A DNA stretch of 64,000 nt from a virus (lineage: Duplodnaviria; Caudoviricetes), in the IMG/VR virus record IMGVR_UViG_3300035498_000319, positions 1 through 64,000 of that record; one strand, 5' to 3'. Below, one piece after another: positions 40,151 through 51,038 of the stretch; position 1 is the stretch's first letter; every line of letters begins with the position of its first letter. Position numbers and translations under genes: made by a program. Under the pieces are notes generated by a model. That model was not told where the DNA came from and did not search any database. It was given only the letters and a program-made list of their open reading frames with translations.

Positions 40151-40474
40151 ATGGAATGCGCTTATTGCCGGAAGCCCGAAACAGTTCAAGCATGGAGACT
40201 CAAATTTACTAAGTATTCTGAAATTCCTAATTTCATACGAGAAGCTATGAAAGATAAGACAATTCATATTACTTATTATAATGAAGATGAGTCTTCTAAT
40301 AAGATCACACTGTCTGAAGGCAATAATATCATAGCATACGTCCATACACCAGATGGTGCTGTTCTTAGAGCTACTAATAAAGATTACATTATTAGATATA
40401 AGAATGGCAGTTTTACGGTAGAGAACTGGGAGTTATTTGAGAGATCGTATATGAAGACGGAGGAGGGTAATTAA
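40151..40474 (+). CDS. Hypothetical protein (phage PGDYII-like family)
   Basis: VQAW, HTPDG..RA...DYII, F.RSY pattern. Confidence 0.6.
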   Translation: MECAYCRKPETVQAWRLKFTKYSEIPNFIREAMKDKTIHITYYNEDESSNKITLSEGNNIIAYVHTPDGAVLRATNKDYIIRYKNGSFTVENWELFERSYMKTEEGN

Positions 40475-40478
40475 ATTT

Positions 40479-42287
40479 ATGCGACATATTGAAATCAACC
40501 AAAAGGATCTTAAGAATTATAAGTTGGGAAATCTCCCCCCTTATCAATATATGCCTAATCCTGTAGCAAATCATACTCAGGATTGGACTATTACAAGAGT
40601 GAGTATTATCATTCCCGCATTTAATGCATTTGATACTATTTCTCAGACTCTTATGAGTATTGCTATGCAAGAGAATATTCATGAGATTGAAACAATTATT
40701 GTAGACGATTGTTCTACAGAAGGAACTTATGATGAGATTGCTGAGATCTTCTCTAAGTTTATGAAGATTAAAGTAATTCGTCTTGAAAAGGGTCTTGGGC
40801 CTGGCGGCGCTCGTCAGGTTGGATTCGATCATGCAGTTGGATTATGTCTTACTGCTATTGATGCGGATGACTGTTTCTGTCGTCCTGATGCAATCTCTAT
40901 GCTTGAGAGATGCATGTTTGAAAAGGATCAAGACTGTGTTATTGGCCAATTCTTAGAGCAGAATGAAGATGGTATGCTACATCCTCATAATGCCGAGATG
41001 GTTTGGGTATTTTGTCACGCTTATTCTAAGGCATTTCTAGATAAATATGGCATTAGAATGAATGTTTCTCATTCTAATGAAGATACTGGATTTAATAGAT
41101 TAATCGCAGGACTCACTAACCGTATTTGGTTTTTAGGAGATTATTCTGGTCTTTATATGTGGAGACATAAGAATACTTCTATCACTCGTTTCAATAACGG
41201 TATGTATGGAGGTGGCAGCGGCGAAACAGGATACTTGGGCAATATGATGTGGCAAATTGATCATCTTAAACGCCGCTATGTAAACTCCAATTATATTCTT
41301 AGAGAAATTCTGATGGTAATGTTTAATTGCTATTGGTTCTTCTCTCAAAATCAGTATCAATGGCCTCTTCAGAGTGATAAAGAATTGAATCGAATGAGAT
41401 TCTATTACTGGAATTACTATGAGCCCATTAAAGATAAAATTGAACCAGAAGTATTCAAGCAGCTTTATATTGAATCTGCTAATGGAAGAAATATTGAGCA
41501 GCAGGGTTGTATTCCTAAGATGACTATTTATCAATTCTTGGATAAACTTGCTGAGAAGCAATATGAAATCAATGCAGATGATGATGTAGATGGATCTGAG
41601 CCAATTCATCTGATGTATGAAGATACACCAGATGATGTACCGGTAACGGTTTCCGATTATACAAATAATATCTGTGAATTCTTTAGCAATAGAAATAATA
41701 ACACTAATCTTGCTCGTATGGATACGATGGATAGACTTATTGCTGAAGAGCAGTCTCATAAGTTTAAAGATCTTCGTACTGTAAAGAATGATCCTACTTA
41801 TGATAAAGATGGTAAGAAGATCAATAATAAAGAAAAAATAGAGGATAAAGATATAAAAAATATTAAGGAAGAGAATTTTGGAGGCTATACTGTATGGATG
41901 GAAAACTATGATTGGAGCGTAAAAGCGACAGTCTATGAAAGAAAACCTAAATTCCATCCTGACATGAAGGTATATAATGAAACTCGGTATGGATGTACTA
42001 TCGAGCCTATTAATTCTACAACCACACTCACAGAGATTAAGAATGATCCGGACATTGTTAGCTTTACAGATTTACCTGAGCCTAGTTATAGGCATTTAGT
42101 ATATGAGAATACGAATGAAGGTCTGAAGATTACAGTATATAATGGCGTGAAGCCTCACTTCAATGATAATGTAGATATCGTAAACGAGAGTGACTACGTC
42201 ACCACAATTTCTCGAAAGGCATCAAAGAAAGTACTGAAAGATTATGATGCTAAGTATAATCTTAAGGATGATACTAAGACTGAATAA
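40479..42287 (+). CDS. Family 2 glycosyltransferase with C-terminal duplicated module
   Basis: SIIIPAFN, IIVDDCSTE, GPGGARQ.G, IDADD, NED. Confidence 0.85.
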   Translation: MRHIEINQKDLKNYKLGNLPPYQYMPNPVANHTQDWTITRVSIIIPAFNAFDTISQTLMSIAMQENIHEIETIIVDDCSTEGTYDEIAEIFSKFMKIKVIRLEKGLGPGGARQVGFDHAVGLCLTAIDADDCFCRPDAISMLERCMFEKDQDCVIGQFLEQNEDGMLHPHNAEMVWVFCHAYSKAFLDKYGIRMNVSHSNEDTGFNRLIAGLTNRIWFLGDYSGLYMWRHKNTSITRFNNGMYGGGSGETGYLGNMMWQIDHLKRRYVNSNYILREILMVMFNCYWFFSQNQYQWPLQSDKELNRMRFYYWNYYEPIKDKIEPEVFKQLYIESANGRNIEQQGCIPKMTIYQFLDKLAEKQYEINADDDVDGSEPIHLMYEDTPDDVPVTVSDYTNNICEFFSNRNNNTNLARMDTMDRLIAEEQSHKFKDLRTVKNDPTYDKDGKKINNKEKIEDKDIKNIKEENFGGYTVWMENYDWSVKATVYERKPKFHPDMKVYNETRYGCTIEPINSTTTLTEIKNDPDIVSFTDLPEPSYRHLVYENTNEGLKITVYNGVKPHFNDNVDIVNESDYVTTISRKASKKVLKDYDAKYNLKDDTKTE

Positions 42288-42348
42288 GGCTTTTGGTAAT
42301 TTATTAAATCTGCAACCATTAGTTAATTGAGAAAGGTGGCGAAACTTA

Positions 42349-43245
42349 TTGAGTAGTAATAAAATTCTATTTTCGATTCCTGATTTCTATTCTTATTATA
42401 ATCTCAATATGTCCCTCCTCAAGTTGATGAGCGAAGAACCAGAGAAATTTTATGAAGATGTAGTCATTGATTCAGTATATGGCTCCTTCCCTGGATGTAT
42501 CTGGAATTCGGGCAGAGCTGCTTGTGGATGGGCCAATATTGAGAATATCATCGGCACTGTTGCTGCTTTTAATAAATTGGGAATCTCTGTTCGTTATACA
42601 TTCACCAATTCACAAATTACTGGCAGACATCTGTATGATTATTATTGCAATACCATTTGTCAGGCTACCGGGCATATTCTCGATAACGTACAGAATGGTA
42701 TCAATGTAAATCAACCTGTCTTGGCCAAGTACTTAGAAGAAAACTATCCTGGTTTCTATCTGCTGTGGTCTACTACTAAGGGAGTAGACTCTGTGGAAGA
42801 AACAAATGAATTATCTAAGGATCGTATTACCGTACTCTATTATGGTATGAATAATACTACCGCCTTAGATAAACTGGAACATCCTGAGAATATTGAAATT
42901 CTCGTAAGTGAAGCCTGTATCGAAAGATGTCCTAAGAGAGCAGAGCATTATAAAAGTATTGAAAAACTCCAACTGCTTGAGCCCTCTGAGGAATTTAGGT
43001 GTCCTTATGGATGTGAGCAATACTACTATTACGATACTCCGGTTAAAAGAGATCATTATGTCTCTATAGATGATATCAGAGATCTCTATCTTCCTAGAGG
43101 AATTAATAAATTCAAGATCAGTGGAAGACAAGATAATGCTGTAAATCTTATAGAGAACTATGTGAATTACTTTGTCAAACCTGAGTATAGAGATAGTGTA
43201 AGAAACAAGTTACTCATAAACAATCTGATAAGAAATAACATGTAA
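42349..43245 (+). CDS. U32-like Fe-S/TIM-barrel protein
   Basis: IWNSGR, STTK, EILVSEAC...CPKR..HY, FKISGR. Confidence 0.55.
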   Translation: MSSNKILFSIPDFYSYYNLNMSLLKLMSEEPEKFYEDVVIDSVYGSFPGCIWNSGRAACGWANIENIIGTVAAFNKLGISVRYTFTNSQITGRHLYDYYCNTICQATGHILDNVQNGINVNQPVLAKYLEENYPGFYLLWSTTKGVDSVEETNELSKDRITVLYYGMNNTTALDKLEHPENIEILVSEACIERCPKRAEHYKSIEKLQLLEPSEEFRCPYGCEQYYYYDTPVKRDHYVSIDDIRDLYLPRGINKFKISGRQDNAVNLIENYVNYFVKPEYRDSVRNKLLINNLIRNNM

Positions 43246-43294
43246 AAGGTATACCTTTTACCAAACAATATTTATATTTAAAGGAGCGTTATTT

Positions 43295-43603
43295 ATGGGC
43301 TGGAACAATTATAACGACCGAGGATATAATAATCGTGGTTACAACAACAATCGCGGATATAATGACCGAGGTTACAATGATCGTGGATACGACCGTGGAT
43401 ATAATGATCGAGGCGGTCGTAATTATAACAACGCCGATAACTTCAATTTCTCTATCGGCGAAATTGTTCGTCTGAAGCAGGACCCCAATGTGACTGTAAC
43501 AGTAATTCGTTATGGCCATGAGCAGTTGGAGTGCCGTCTTCCTAACTTTAATACCGCCTGGTTCTATGAGTACGAACTTGAAGCCATTCCGGACAATGGC
43601 TAA
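43295..43603 (+). CDS. Protein with (G)YN(D/N)R repeats and C-terminal SH3/DUF2158-like domain
   Basis: About 7 pentapeptide repeats, then FSIGEIVRLK...WFYEYEL. Confidence 0.7.
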   Translation: MGWNNYNDRGYNNRGYNNNRGYNDRGYNDRGYDRGYNDRGGRNYNNADNFNFSIGEIVRLKQDPNVTVTVIRYGHEQLECRLPNFNTAWFYEYELEAIPDNG

Positions 43604-43643
43604 TACTTAAAAGAAGAGAGGAGAAATCTCCTCTCTTCTATTT

Positions 43644-44030
43644 TTATACCGGATTCCATCCTCCAGGATTACATCCACAGCCGCAGTTAGTTCCACTATT
43701 CGTAGCATTACTTCCAGCTTGGTCAATATCCCATTGTGTAAACGTATCTTCATACACTTCTTGAATAAGATTTACCAAGTATGTATAAGACAATTCCTTA
43801 GGGACTTCCAACCAATATGCAGGAAGATGAATTACTACTCCAGTGTATTGTACAGGAGTAATAGTCGGATCTTCATTTGTATGGCTATTACAGTTAAAGA
43901 TAAAACAAATCGTATACTTCTTTACATTATCTTTCAAAGAAAAAGGAATATACTTTGTACGATCGATATCTGTACAAGTCTTCTCTGCTAAGAATGAATC
44001 CAACTTCTTTAATTCATTATTACTAAGCAT
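43644..44030 (-). CDS. Late hypothetical protein
   Basis: 128 aa, last gene of the late operon. Confidence 0.5.
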   Translation of the reverse strand: MLSNNELKKLDSFLAEKTCTDIDRTKYIPFSLKDNVKKYTICFIFNCNSHTNEDPTITPVQYTGVVIHLPAYWLEVPKELSYTYLVNLIQEVYEDTFTQWDIDQAGSNATNSGTNCGCGCNPGGWNPV

Positions 44031-44036
44031 TTCTCA

Positions 44037-46382
44037 TCACTTCCAATCTCTCTCAATATCATTGATATTATCAGTTTCATTTGCATCATTAACAGCAAGC
44101 AGAGCATTTCCATCTGCATCATAGCCGTCAATAAGAGAATCATCGACATCTTGATAATCATATACAAATGCCTTAGTAGTATCTACTCCAGCATTCATAA
44201 CATACTTCTGTCTAATGAGCTCAAGCATAAGAGATCTGATAGAAATATTTCCTTCACTATAATCTGTCTCGGTATTCGTAATAGTAGTATTATCAATACC
44301 AAGCAGGCCACAAAGTTCTTCAGTACTATAGTTAGACATAACTTGATCCCATTCAGAAGTAGTATTACCGAAGGGAACAGCCAGTTCTTCTATGTCATCA
44401 ATAAACTTCGTGATACATATAGTCTTAGTAGTTTCTATATCAGTATTAAACTTGATATGAGTGGAATCTATATTAGAAATCCATGACATCGGAATCTTTT
44501 TACCATTAGCCCATACCAAATAAAGAGACTTATCCAATGAATAAGAGATATCGGACTTATCCACTGTTACAGTTCCATCTTCATTCAGTTCAGGATCGAG
44601 TATAACATCTTTAAGCAAAGAAGGTGTATAGATTACATCTACTCTATCTCCTTCGCTTACAATATTAGTCAGAAATAACTCAAATCTATAGAAAGGCGTA
44701 GTAGATCTTACAGGTAAGCAAAGTCTGTATTGATCTGTACCTAAGCGTCTACCATTATAGAATACCATATAGCGTGAGTAATCATTGCAATACATAAACT
44801 TAGTACCAAGATCTACGCTATAGGAATCTGTTCCATCTTCATTTTGAGTAACATCGAACCAATAATGATGATATTGATTCTTATATGTCATCTTTAATGT
44901 CTTTCCATAATATCTCTCATCAGAGAGAATGATCTTAACCTCTCCATCTTCATTATAGTCCAGAGTATATTCCACAGGGAAATGTTGTAGACCATCTTCA
45001 GGGAAAGTAAAGTCATTCGTAGGAGGAATAGTAGAGAACAGCACCATACTATCATTGATATAGTCTGTATCATACTTTCCATATGGATCATTCTTATTGA
45101 TTACAGTATCAAAAGTATTATTATTGATATCTGTAAATCTCAAGAACTCTATTCTATCTTCAGCATTAATATTCTGAATAGGAATAATACAATAGTCTGC
45201 AAAATACTTAATCATGTAATAGAATTCATACAGAACTCCATTTACAAGCATGATAATATATTCTACAGAAAATCTACCATGTCTACGGCCAATTTTTAGA
45301 GTACCATCTTCCATAACGGCATCTAGTACTTCTTGACCAGACATCTCTTCTACGGTAAGAGTCTTATCTGTTTCTGAATAGGTTTGACTAAATAAGAAAG
45401 GATTATACTTGGTAATGTAGTCGATTGTCTCATCTACATTCTCTTGATATAATTTCTTTCTACTCATATTGAAATCAAACTCATTTAAGAGCTTTTCAAT
45501 GTTATCGTCTTTCGGAAATCCATTATACTTATACGAAAGATAGTCTGAGAAATAACCGACATTGGTTCTAGATACATTGTCTTTCGTACCATTAGAACGG
45601 ATATTTCTGTATACATTGAATCTAATAGTATCTCTACTGTAGTTTGTTCCATCTCCAATAGTGATATATGTAGAATCAAAATGAATCTCAGTATCCGTAT
45701 CTAATTCCGAATTTCTAAATAAGAGTACATTTTCTGGATAGTATTTAACGGTCGGATCATCATTGATTTTAAATCCTGCTACTTCTCTAGTAGTAGAATA
45801 GTTTACGAACTCAAGAGCAGCAGATTCATCAAGAATAGAGTATTGGCAATTCTCTACATTGGTGAGTAATCCATACTCATCAAACCCCAACATCTTATTC
45901 TCTTTAGCCCCAATAGGCTGTCCATAATATCTACATCCATCTGGAAGCCTTACTGTATTAATTCTATCTACATTCTGAATCTGATAAATCCAGAAATCAT
46001 TATTAGCTTCTATTACAAGAAAATAATTCTCATTGCTTAAGATTACTCTAATCATAGACCAAGGAACAAATCTACCATTGATAAATAATAAGAATGGATA
46101 GATAACTCCTTCATTGACTAGAACTTCTAATCTATCATCTACTACATTATATTCGATATACTTTCTAACATCCATAGGTCTAAGATACATATATCGGCAT
46201 CTATATCCAACTTCAATATTCGGATTAAGAATAGTTCTATTTCCATTATAGATATATTCCATAGTCCGACATTCAATGAAGTTATCATCTCTTATGGGAG
46301 TAAGAGCAGTCTGTTGGTATTTCAGACTGGTTCTTGTATTACTCTTAAGAGCAGTAATAGTATCAAGTACAACTTGGTTCAT
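44037..46382 (-). CDS. Virion structural protein with repeated xxNG(R/K) beta modules
   Basis: FINGRF, LVNGVL, FYNGRR, WANGKK repeats. Confidence 0.5.
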   Translation of the reverse strand: MNQVVLDTITALKSNTRTSLKYQQTALTPIRDDNFIECRTMEYIYNGNRTILNPNIEVGYRCRYMYLRPMDVRKYIEYNVVDDRLEVLVNEGVIYPFLLFINGRFVPWSMIRVILSNENYFLVIEANNDFWIYQIQNVDRINTVRLPDGCRYYGQPIGAKENKMLGFDEYGLLTNVENCQYSILDESAALEFVNYSTTREVAGFKINDDPTVKYYPENVLLFRNSELDTDTEIHFDSTYITIGDGTNYSRDTIRFNVYRNIRSNGTKDNVSRTNVGYFSDYLSYKYNGFPKDDNIEKLLNEFDFNMSRKKLYQENVDETIDYITKYNPFLFSQTYSETDKTLTVEEMSGQEVLDAVMEDGTLKIGRRHGRFSVEYIIMLVNGVLYEFYYMIKYFADYCIIPIQNINAEDRIEFLRFTDINNNTFDTVINKNDPYGKYDTDYINDSMVLFSTIPPTNDFTFPEDGLQHFPVEYTLDYNEDGEVKIILSDERYYGKTLKMTYKNQYHHYWFDVTQNEDGTDSYSVDLGTKFMYCNDYSRYMVFYNGRRLGTDQYRLCLPVRSTTPFYRFELFLTNIVSEGDRVDVIYTPSLLKDVILDPELNEDGTVTVDKSDISYSLDKSLYLVWANGKKIPMSWISNIDSTHIKFNTDIETTKTICITKFIDDIEELAVPFGNTTSEWDQVMSNYSTEELCGLLGIDNTTITNTETDYSEGNISIRSLMLELIRQKYVMNAGVDTTKAFVYDYQDVDDSLIDGYDADGNALLAVNDANETDNINDIERDWK

Positions 46383-47329
46383 ACAGACTCAGCTCCAATC
46401 GCAAGAATCTGTTTTGTAAATTCAACCATGGATTGCCCTGCAATCTTCTCAATAGTCTTCTGATTGTTAATGTAAGCTCCTACATAAGCATCAGTTAGCA
46501 TACTAGAGAAAGAGGGGAACAGTTCCAAGGAGAATATAGTACCAGTTCCATAGATATACATCCATCTCTCGATTACATTATCGAGGGACATTTTATTCAG
46601 ATGAAGAATATCAGATACATTATCTACAAAGAACTTGATATTCAGATAAGCATCTCTCTTAGTCTGGAGATCAATAATCTCTGCTTCTCTCTCAGAGATA
46701 TCAGCAGTCTTTCTTGCAATACTCTTAGTAGCCTCAGAGTTCTGATCCATACCAATGATATTTACAAGATAATAGGTTGCAGCCATATAGTTAGACTTGT
46801 TTTTAGAACCAGAGATAGTAGATATCTTGCAGAGATAATCTACAATATGACTAAACAGCTCAGCAAATGCTTTAGCTCCAATACTTCTAATCTTTGCATT
46901 GTTTACCAATCTATCAGTTCCCTTAGGAGCATAATAGATATAGGTAGTCATGGCACTTACCAGATAAGAGATAAAGATGTCGATATTATTTCTATTGCAG
47001 ATATATTTACCCGCATTTTCATCCATAGTAATGATACCGGATACATCTATGAATACTCTAAGGTCTTTATTATACTTAATATCCTTGGCACAAAAAACTT
47101 TGAAAGCCTTGCTCAAAGGCTTTGGATTAGTCATAAGAACTACATTGGGAGATTTAAGGACCTTAATAATAGCCGGACTAATTTGTCTCTTCTTTACTTC
47201 GTACACAATATCTTCAAACTCAGGAAGGTTCTGATCAATTCTCTCGGCCTTCATGATAAAATTAATTGTTTCTTTCTCGTATTGATCGTACTTGCTATAG
47301 AGATAAGTACTAGCAAAAGTCTTAGCCAT
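46379..47329 (-). CDS. Late hypothetical protein
   Basis: 316 aa, AGGAGG RBS, late promoter 47357-47368. Confidence 0.6.
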   Translation of the reverse strand: MAKTFASTYLYSKYDQYEKETINFIMKAERIDQNLPEFEDIVYEVKKRQISPAIIKVLKSPNVVLMTNPKPLSKAFKVFCAKDIKYNKDLRVFIDVSGIITMDENAGKYICNRNNIDIFISYLVSAMTTYIYYAPKGTDRLVNNAKIRSIGAKAFAELFSHIVDYLCKISTISGSKNKSNYMAATYYLVNIIGMDQNSEATKSIARKTADISEREAEIIDLQTKRDAYLNIKFFVDNVSDILHLNKMSLDNVIERWMYIYGTGTIFSLELFPSFSSMLTDAYVGAYINNQKTIEKIAGQSMVEFTKQILAIGAESV

Positions 47330-47432
47330 CGTTTAACGACCTCCTCTATAAAATTTTACTGTAATGTTCCGCCTGGTTAATTCAATAGACTGGATCACAC
47401 ATAATATTAATACTTAAGAAGAAGGTGCGTAT

Positions 47433-47771
47433 ATGGAAGAAATGATAAGGAAAGGCCAAACATTATTCATCGTAATAGCAGCAATGCTTTTATTTGCGGG
47501 GGTTATTCATACTAAATCAGAAACGCCAAATAAACTTGCGAATATTATTAAGGGTAAGAAGAAAGAGCGTATTCCTATAATCAGTAAAACAGTAGTTCTA
47601 ACAGATGACTTAAATGCTGTTGACCACAATGATGGAGACATCATAATTGTAACTGGCGGAAAAAAGCCATTATATTACTTAAGCTATCATCATGAGTTTC
47701 ATGAATTAAGTGAAGAAATCATTACTGAAACTGAAAAGTTTTATAATGTCAAAATTAAGGACTGGGCTTAA
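47433..47771 (+). CDS. N-terminally membrane-anchored protein
   Basis: LFIVIAAMLLFAGVI TM segment. Confidence 0.55.
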   Translation: MEEMIRKGQTLFIVIAAMLLFAGVIHTKSETPNKLANIIKGKKKERIPIISKTVVLTDDLNAVDHNDGDIIIVTGGKKPLYYLSYHHEFHELSEEIITETEKFYNVKIKDWA

Positions 47772-47865
47772 GCCCAGTCTTTTGTTTTTTATCATTACCG
47801 GAACAGCCCAATAATTTATTTGGCTATATATTATAAAGATATAAACACACAAGGAGGAGAATTAT

Positions 47866-48372
47866 ATGTATTACGGAGACCCTTCTAAGAAATCATTGTT
47901 AGAAGGAATGATGATGAGAAAAGGATTAACCAGAAACGACTTTGTTGCTCTATTTGGTTTTCCTGGAGATGTGATTGGTTGGGATTTACTCCAACCCATT
48001 ACAAGCATATACTTGGACGGTGTAGCAGAAGAGCTTCATCATAATAGTCAATGGAGAGTTGGAGAAGTATATGAATGTGAGCATGAGATAGATAATGATA
48101 CTACAGTTATACTAAAAAGAAATGATGGCAATAATGCAGATCTTATGGTATCTTATGGAAAGAAGATATGCGTAAAGTTAATATATATTTATAACACAGA
48201 AAGCTTTACAAGTATCGGAATTATTTATGACCCAGATGGAATTAAACCTGGTAAAGTAGTTATAGGCAATAGCTTTAGTGCCATGGATATGGATGTAAAA
48301 TCATTTGAAGCTATAAAGAAATTCCTGATAGATATTATCTGGAATGAATATACAAGAAGGCAAAAAGGATGA
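47866..48372 (+). CDS. Hypothetical protein
   Basis: AAGGAGG RBS; early (47825-47834) and late (47802-47813) promoter motifs. Confidence 0.6.
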   Translation: MYYGDPSKKSLLEGMMMRKGLTRNDFVALFGFPGDVIGWDLLQPITSIYLDGVAEELHHNSQWRVGEVYECEHEIDNDTTVILKRNDGNNADLMVSYGKKICVKLIYIYNTESFTSIGIIYDPDGIKPGKVVIGNSFSAMDMDVKSFEAIKKFLIDIIWNEYTRRQKG

Positions 48373-48815
48373 TAGAAATGGTATTTGATATTATAGAGGC
48401 TTATAAGAAATATCATAAGTATCCGAGATTTATAAGATGGCTACTTATGAGAAAATATAAGAAGAAAGCTTTGCAAATCATCGAAAGCCCTATATATAGT
48501 AGGGATGATTTGCATGACATTATATGGACAATGGTTACTGTGAAAGAAACCATTGGAGATACATTCCTTACTCCAGAATTGGATGTATCCTATAAGAATG
48601 GAATTGCAAGATTCAATTATAGGATGAGTCCTATATGGTTTGGTAGATTTGAAATAAATGTAAGAGTGCTAGATAGAATCCATGTAGAGATAAACTCTGG
48701 AACGATTGGTCGGGGACTTGAAATGGATTCTATAGGCGATGGATCGGCAACTATAGCTAAACGAGCAAAAGAAATGATTGAGCTGGTTGCTAAAGAATGC
48801 ATCAGATCTATTTAA
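48369..48815 (+). CDS. Hypothetical protein
   Basis: ATGA overlap with the previous gene. Confidence 0.55.
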   Translation: MIEMVFDIIEAYKKYHKYPRFIRWLLMRKYKKKALQIIESPIYSRDDLHDIIWTMVTVKETIGDTFLTPELDVSYKNGIARFNYRMSPIWFGRFEINVRVLDRIHVEINSGTIGRGLEMDSIGDGSATIAKRAKEMIELVAKECIRSI

Positions 48816-48833
48816 GAAAAGAGGTAAGAGAGT

Positions 48834-49385
48834 ATGCCCGATAAAACTATGTCTAATCTGTTTATAGATAGACTTAATGATATCTATATCCCGGAGAAAC
48901 ATACTATACGCAATCATATTAAGGCTTATAAGTCTAGAGAAAGATATGATGCGTTTATAGACACGATCATGCATGGATCGCCAGATTTAAATCTTCTATG
49001 GCAATTTGCAGATTTTATTAAATTGAGTGAGCGTATCTATGGATATGATAACTCCAGTAAGAATAAAGTCTTCTCTTCTTATAAGTATTCGGAAGGAGAG
49101 AATGGTTTTAAACTTACTACAGAGACCTGCACTATTGTCATAAAACTTTTTGAGAAAGACAATGCTGTTGGTATTGACATAGAGAATACCCATGGCAGTA
49201 AATTAAAGTCTAACTTCTATTTTGAGGATATGAGCTGGACTACCAATCCAACAGTATATGACGAACTTCAATTAGACCATATCATAGATATTGTCAATCA
49301 AAGTATGGTATCTATGTTTAATGAGGTTATCAAATTAAGGTTTGGCTTCAGATACGAAGAAATTGAGCATGTTACATACCTTTAG
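48834..49385 (+). CDS. Hypothetical protein
   Basis: 183 aa, GAGG RBS. Confidence 0.55.
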   Translation: MPDKTMSNLFIDRLNDIYIPEKHTIRNHIKAYKSRERYDAFIDTIMHGSPDLNLLWQFADFIKLSERIYGYDNSSKNKVFSSYKYSEGENGFKLTTETCTIVIKLFEKDNAVGIDIENTHGSKLKSNFYFEDMSWTTNPTVYDELQLDHIIDIVNQSMVSMFNEVIKLRFGFRYEEIEHVTYL

Positions 49386-49492
49386 TTGGTTGGTAAAATA
49401 GCTGTAACAAAACTATAAATCAAAACGTGCTATTTTTAGGACTTAGGATAAATGTCCTAAGTCCTAAATCTATTTGGAGAGGTGAAATTAAA

Positions 49493-50641
49493 TTGAGGTA
49501 TTATGAAAACACAAATCCGAATAATGAAGTTGTAGCAATTCATATTGCGGATATTCACTTTGGAAGTATAGATCCTATACAGACCTATACTATTTTGGAA
49601 GAGCAATTCCTACAGCCCATCAGTAGAATTAAGTTTGATATACTTTCTATCGATGGGGATTTATTTGACAAGAAGTTCTTAGCCAATAATATGGCTATTA
49701 CTTTAGGAGTCGAGTTTATTAATCGCTGTGCTAGATTATGTAAAGAACGTCAAGCTACTCTTGTATTATTATCCGGTACAGCTTCTCATGATGCAAACCA
49801 ACTATCTCTTTTCTATGGGTTAAGGCAAGATATGGAATTGGATGTCCGTATTATAGAATCGATTAGATTCGAGATTATAAAAGGACTAAAAATTCTATGT
49901 ATTCCAGAAGAGTATGGAAAGCCTATAGAGTATTATACGACTTTTCTAAGTGAGAGATACGACCAAGTGTTCTTACATGGTACCATAGTCAATTCCGTAT
50001 ATGGGGCTAATAAAAGAATGCTTGGTAGTAAGAGAGCCCCTGTATTTGACTTAGAATGTTTTAATGGGTGTAGAGGTCCCATTATAGCAGGTCATGTGCA
50101 TAAAGCTATGTGCTTAGATGGATATATGTATTATGTCTCCAATCCAATCCGATATAGATTCGGAGAAGAAGAAGAAAAAGGATATGCTATAGTATTATCT
50201 AGCAATCAAGGGCATTATTATAAATTCATGCCCATCGAGTCATTTCGCTATGATACTGTGAATATAAATGATATAGTCTATAATGACCCGAATGTTGTAA
50301 CCGCTTATCTGGATAATCTATTAGCTTGTGGTATAGATCATGTCCGAATAGATTTCTCTAAGAGAAATGATCCTAACACGCAGGCTATAGTCGAGAAGTA
50401 TTACGCTACAAATCCCAATGTAGTCGTAAAAAGATATAAAGCTGATACAGAGCAATCTATGTATCAGCAAGATGAATCCACTATAGATAAATATAGAGAG
50501 ATGGACTTTCTCTTAGATAGCTCTATGGATGGATATACCAAATTCGTAAACTTTGTTAATCATTGTGAAGGCAAGACCATTTTGACAGTTCAACAGTTAA
50601 AAGACATCATTTCTGGAAAGGATTTCTCCGGAATATTTTGA
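49493..50641 (+). CDS. sbcD: SbcD/Mre11-like metallophosphoesterase nuclease
   Basis: ADIHFG, GDLFD, GTASHD, LHG, GHVH; TTG start after GGAGAGGTGA. Confidence 0.85.
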   Translation: MRYYENTNPNNEVVAIHIADIHFGSIDPIQTYTILEEQFLQPISRIKFDILSIDGDLFDKKFLANNMAITLGVEFINRCARLCKERQATLVLLSGTASHDANQLSLFYGLRQDMELDVRIIESIRFEIIKGLKILCIPEEYGKPIEYYTTFLSERYDQVFLHGTIVNSVYGANKRMLGSKRAPVFDLECFNGCRGPIIAGHVHKAMCLDGYMYYVSNPIRYRFGEEEEKGYAIVLSSNQGHYYKFMPIESFRYDTVNINDIVYNDPNVVTAYLDNLLACGIDHVRIDFSKRNDPNTQAIVEKYYATNPNVVVKRYKADTEQSMYQQDESTIDKYREMDFLLDSSMDGYTKFVNFVNHCEGKTILTVQQLKDIISGKDFSGIF

Positions 50642-50973
50642 GAAAGGTCGTAAAGGCAATGAAATATATCGTATACGTTCTTACAAGCAAAGTAAACAAA
50701 AATGAAAATATATATTATATATTTGAAGATGCGTATGAACGCATTGTAGATATTAGACCTGTTTTCCATCATTGCATAGAAATGATGGAAAAGTCAATGC
50801 CTGCCATATATAGAAACATAAATGATTATGAAATAAAGAGGAAAATTATGACTGATAAAGAAGTCTCAAGACTAGAAAGGTATTATTCCATCTCTAGTAA
50901 GAGAGATGGGCATAGAGGTTTCGATACGACCGTAATGCCTAAGTTAAAGATAAATCGAAATATAGAATATTGA
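50638..50973 (+). CDS. Hypothetical protein
   Basis: 111-aa ORF in the operon. Confidence 0.45.
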   Translation: MRKVVKAMKYIVYVLTSKVNKNENIYYIFEDAYERIVDIRPVFHHCIEMMEKSMPAIYRNINDYEIKRKIMTDKEVSRLERYYSISSKRDGHRGFDTTVMPKLKINRNIEY

Positions 50974-51038
50974 CAAAAAATATACCTGAAACATATTAAT
51001 ACCAGAAGAAAATTCTGACTGAAGAGGAGGACAGAATT

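Noticed and set aside
43310-43420. CRISPR-like or DNA tandem repeat
   Set aside because: The 15-nt periodicity is a coding repeat with synonymous variation and no spacers; no CRISPR array seen in the window.
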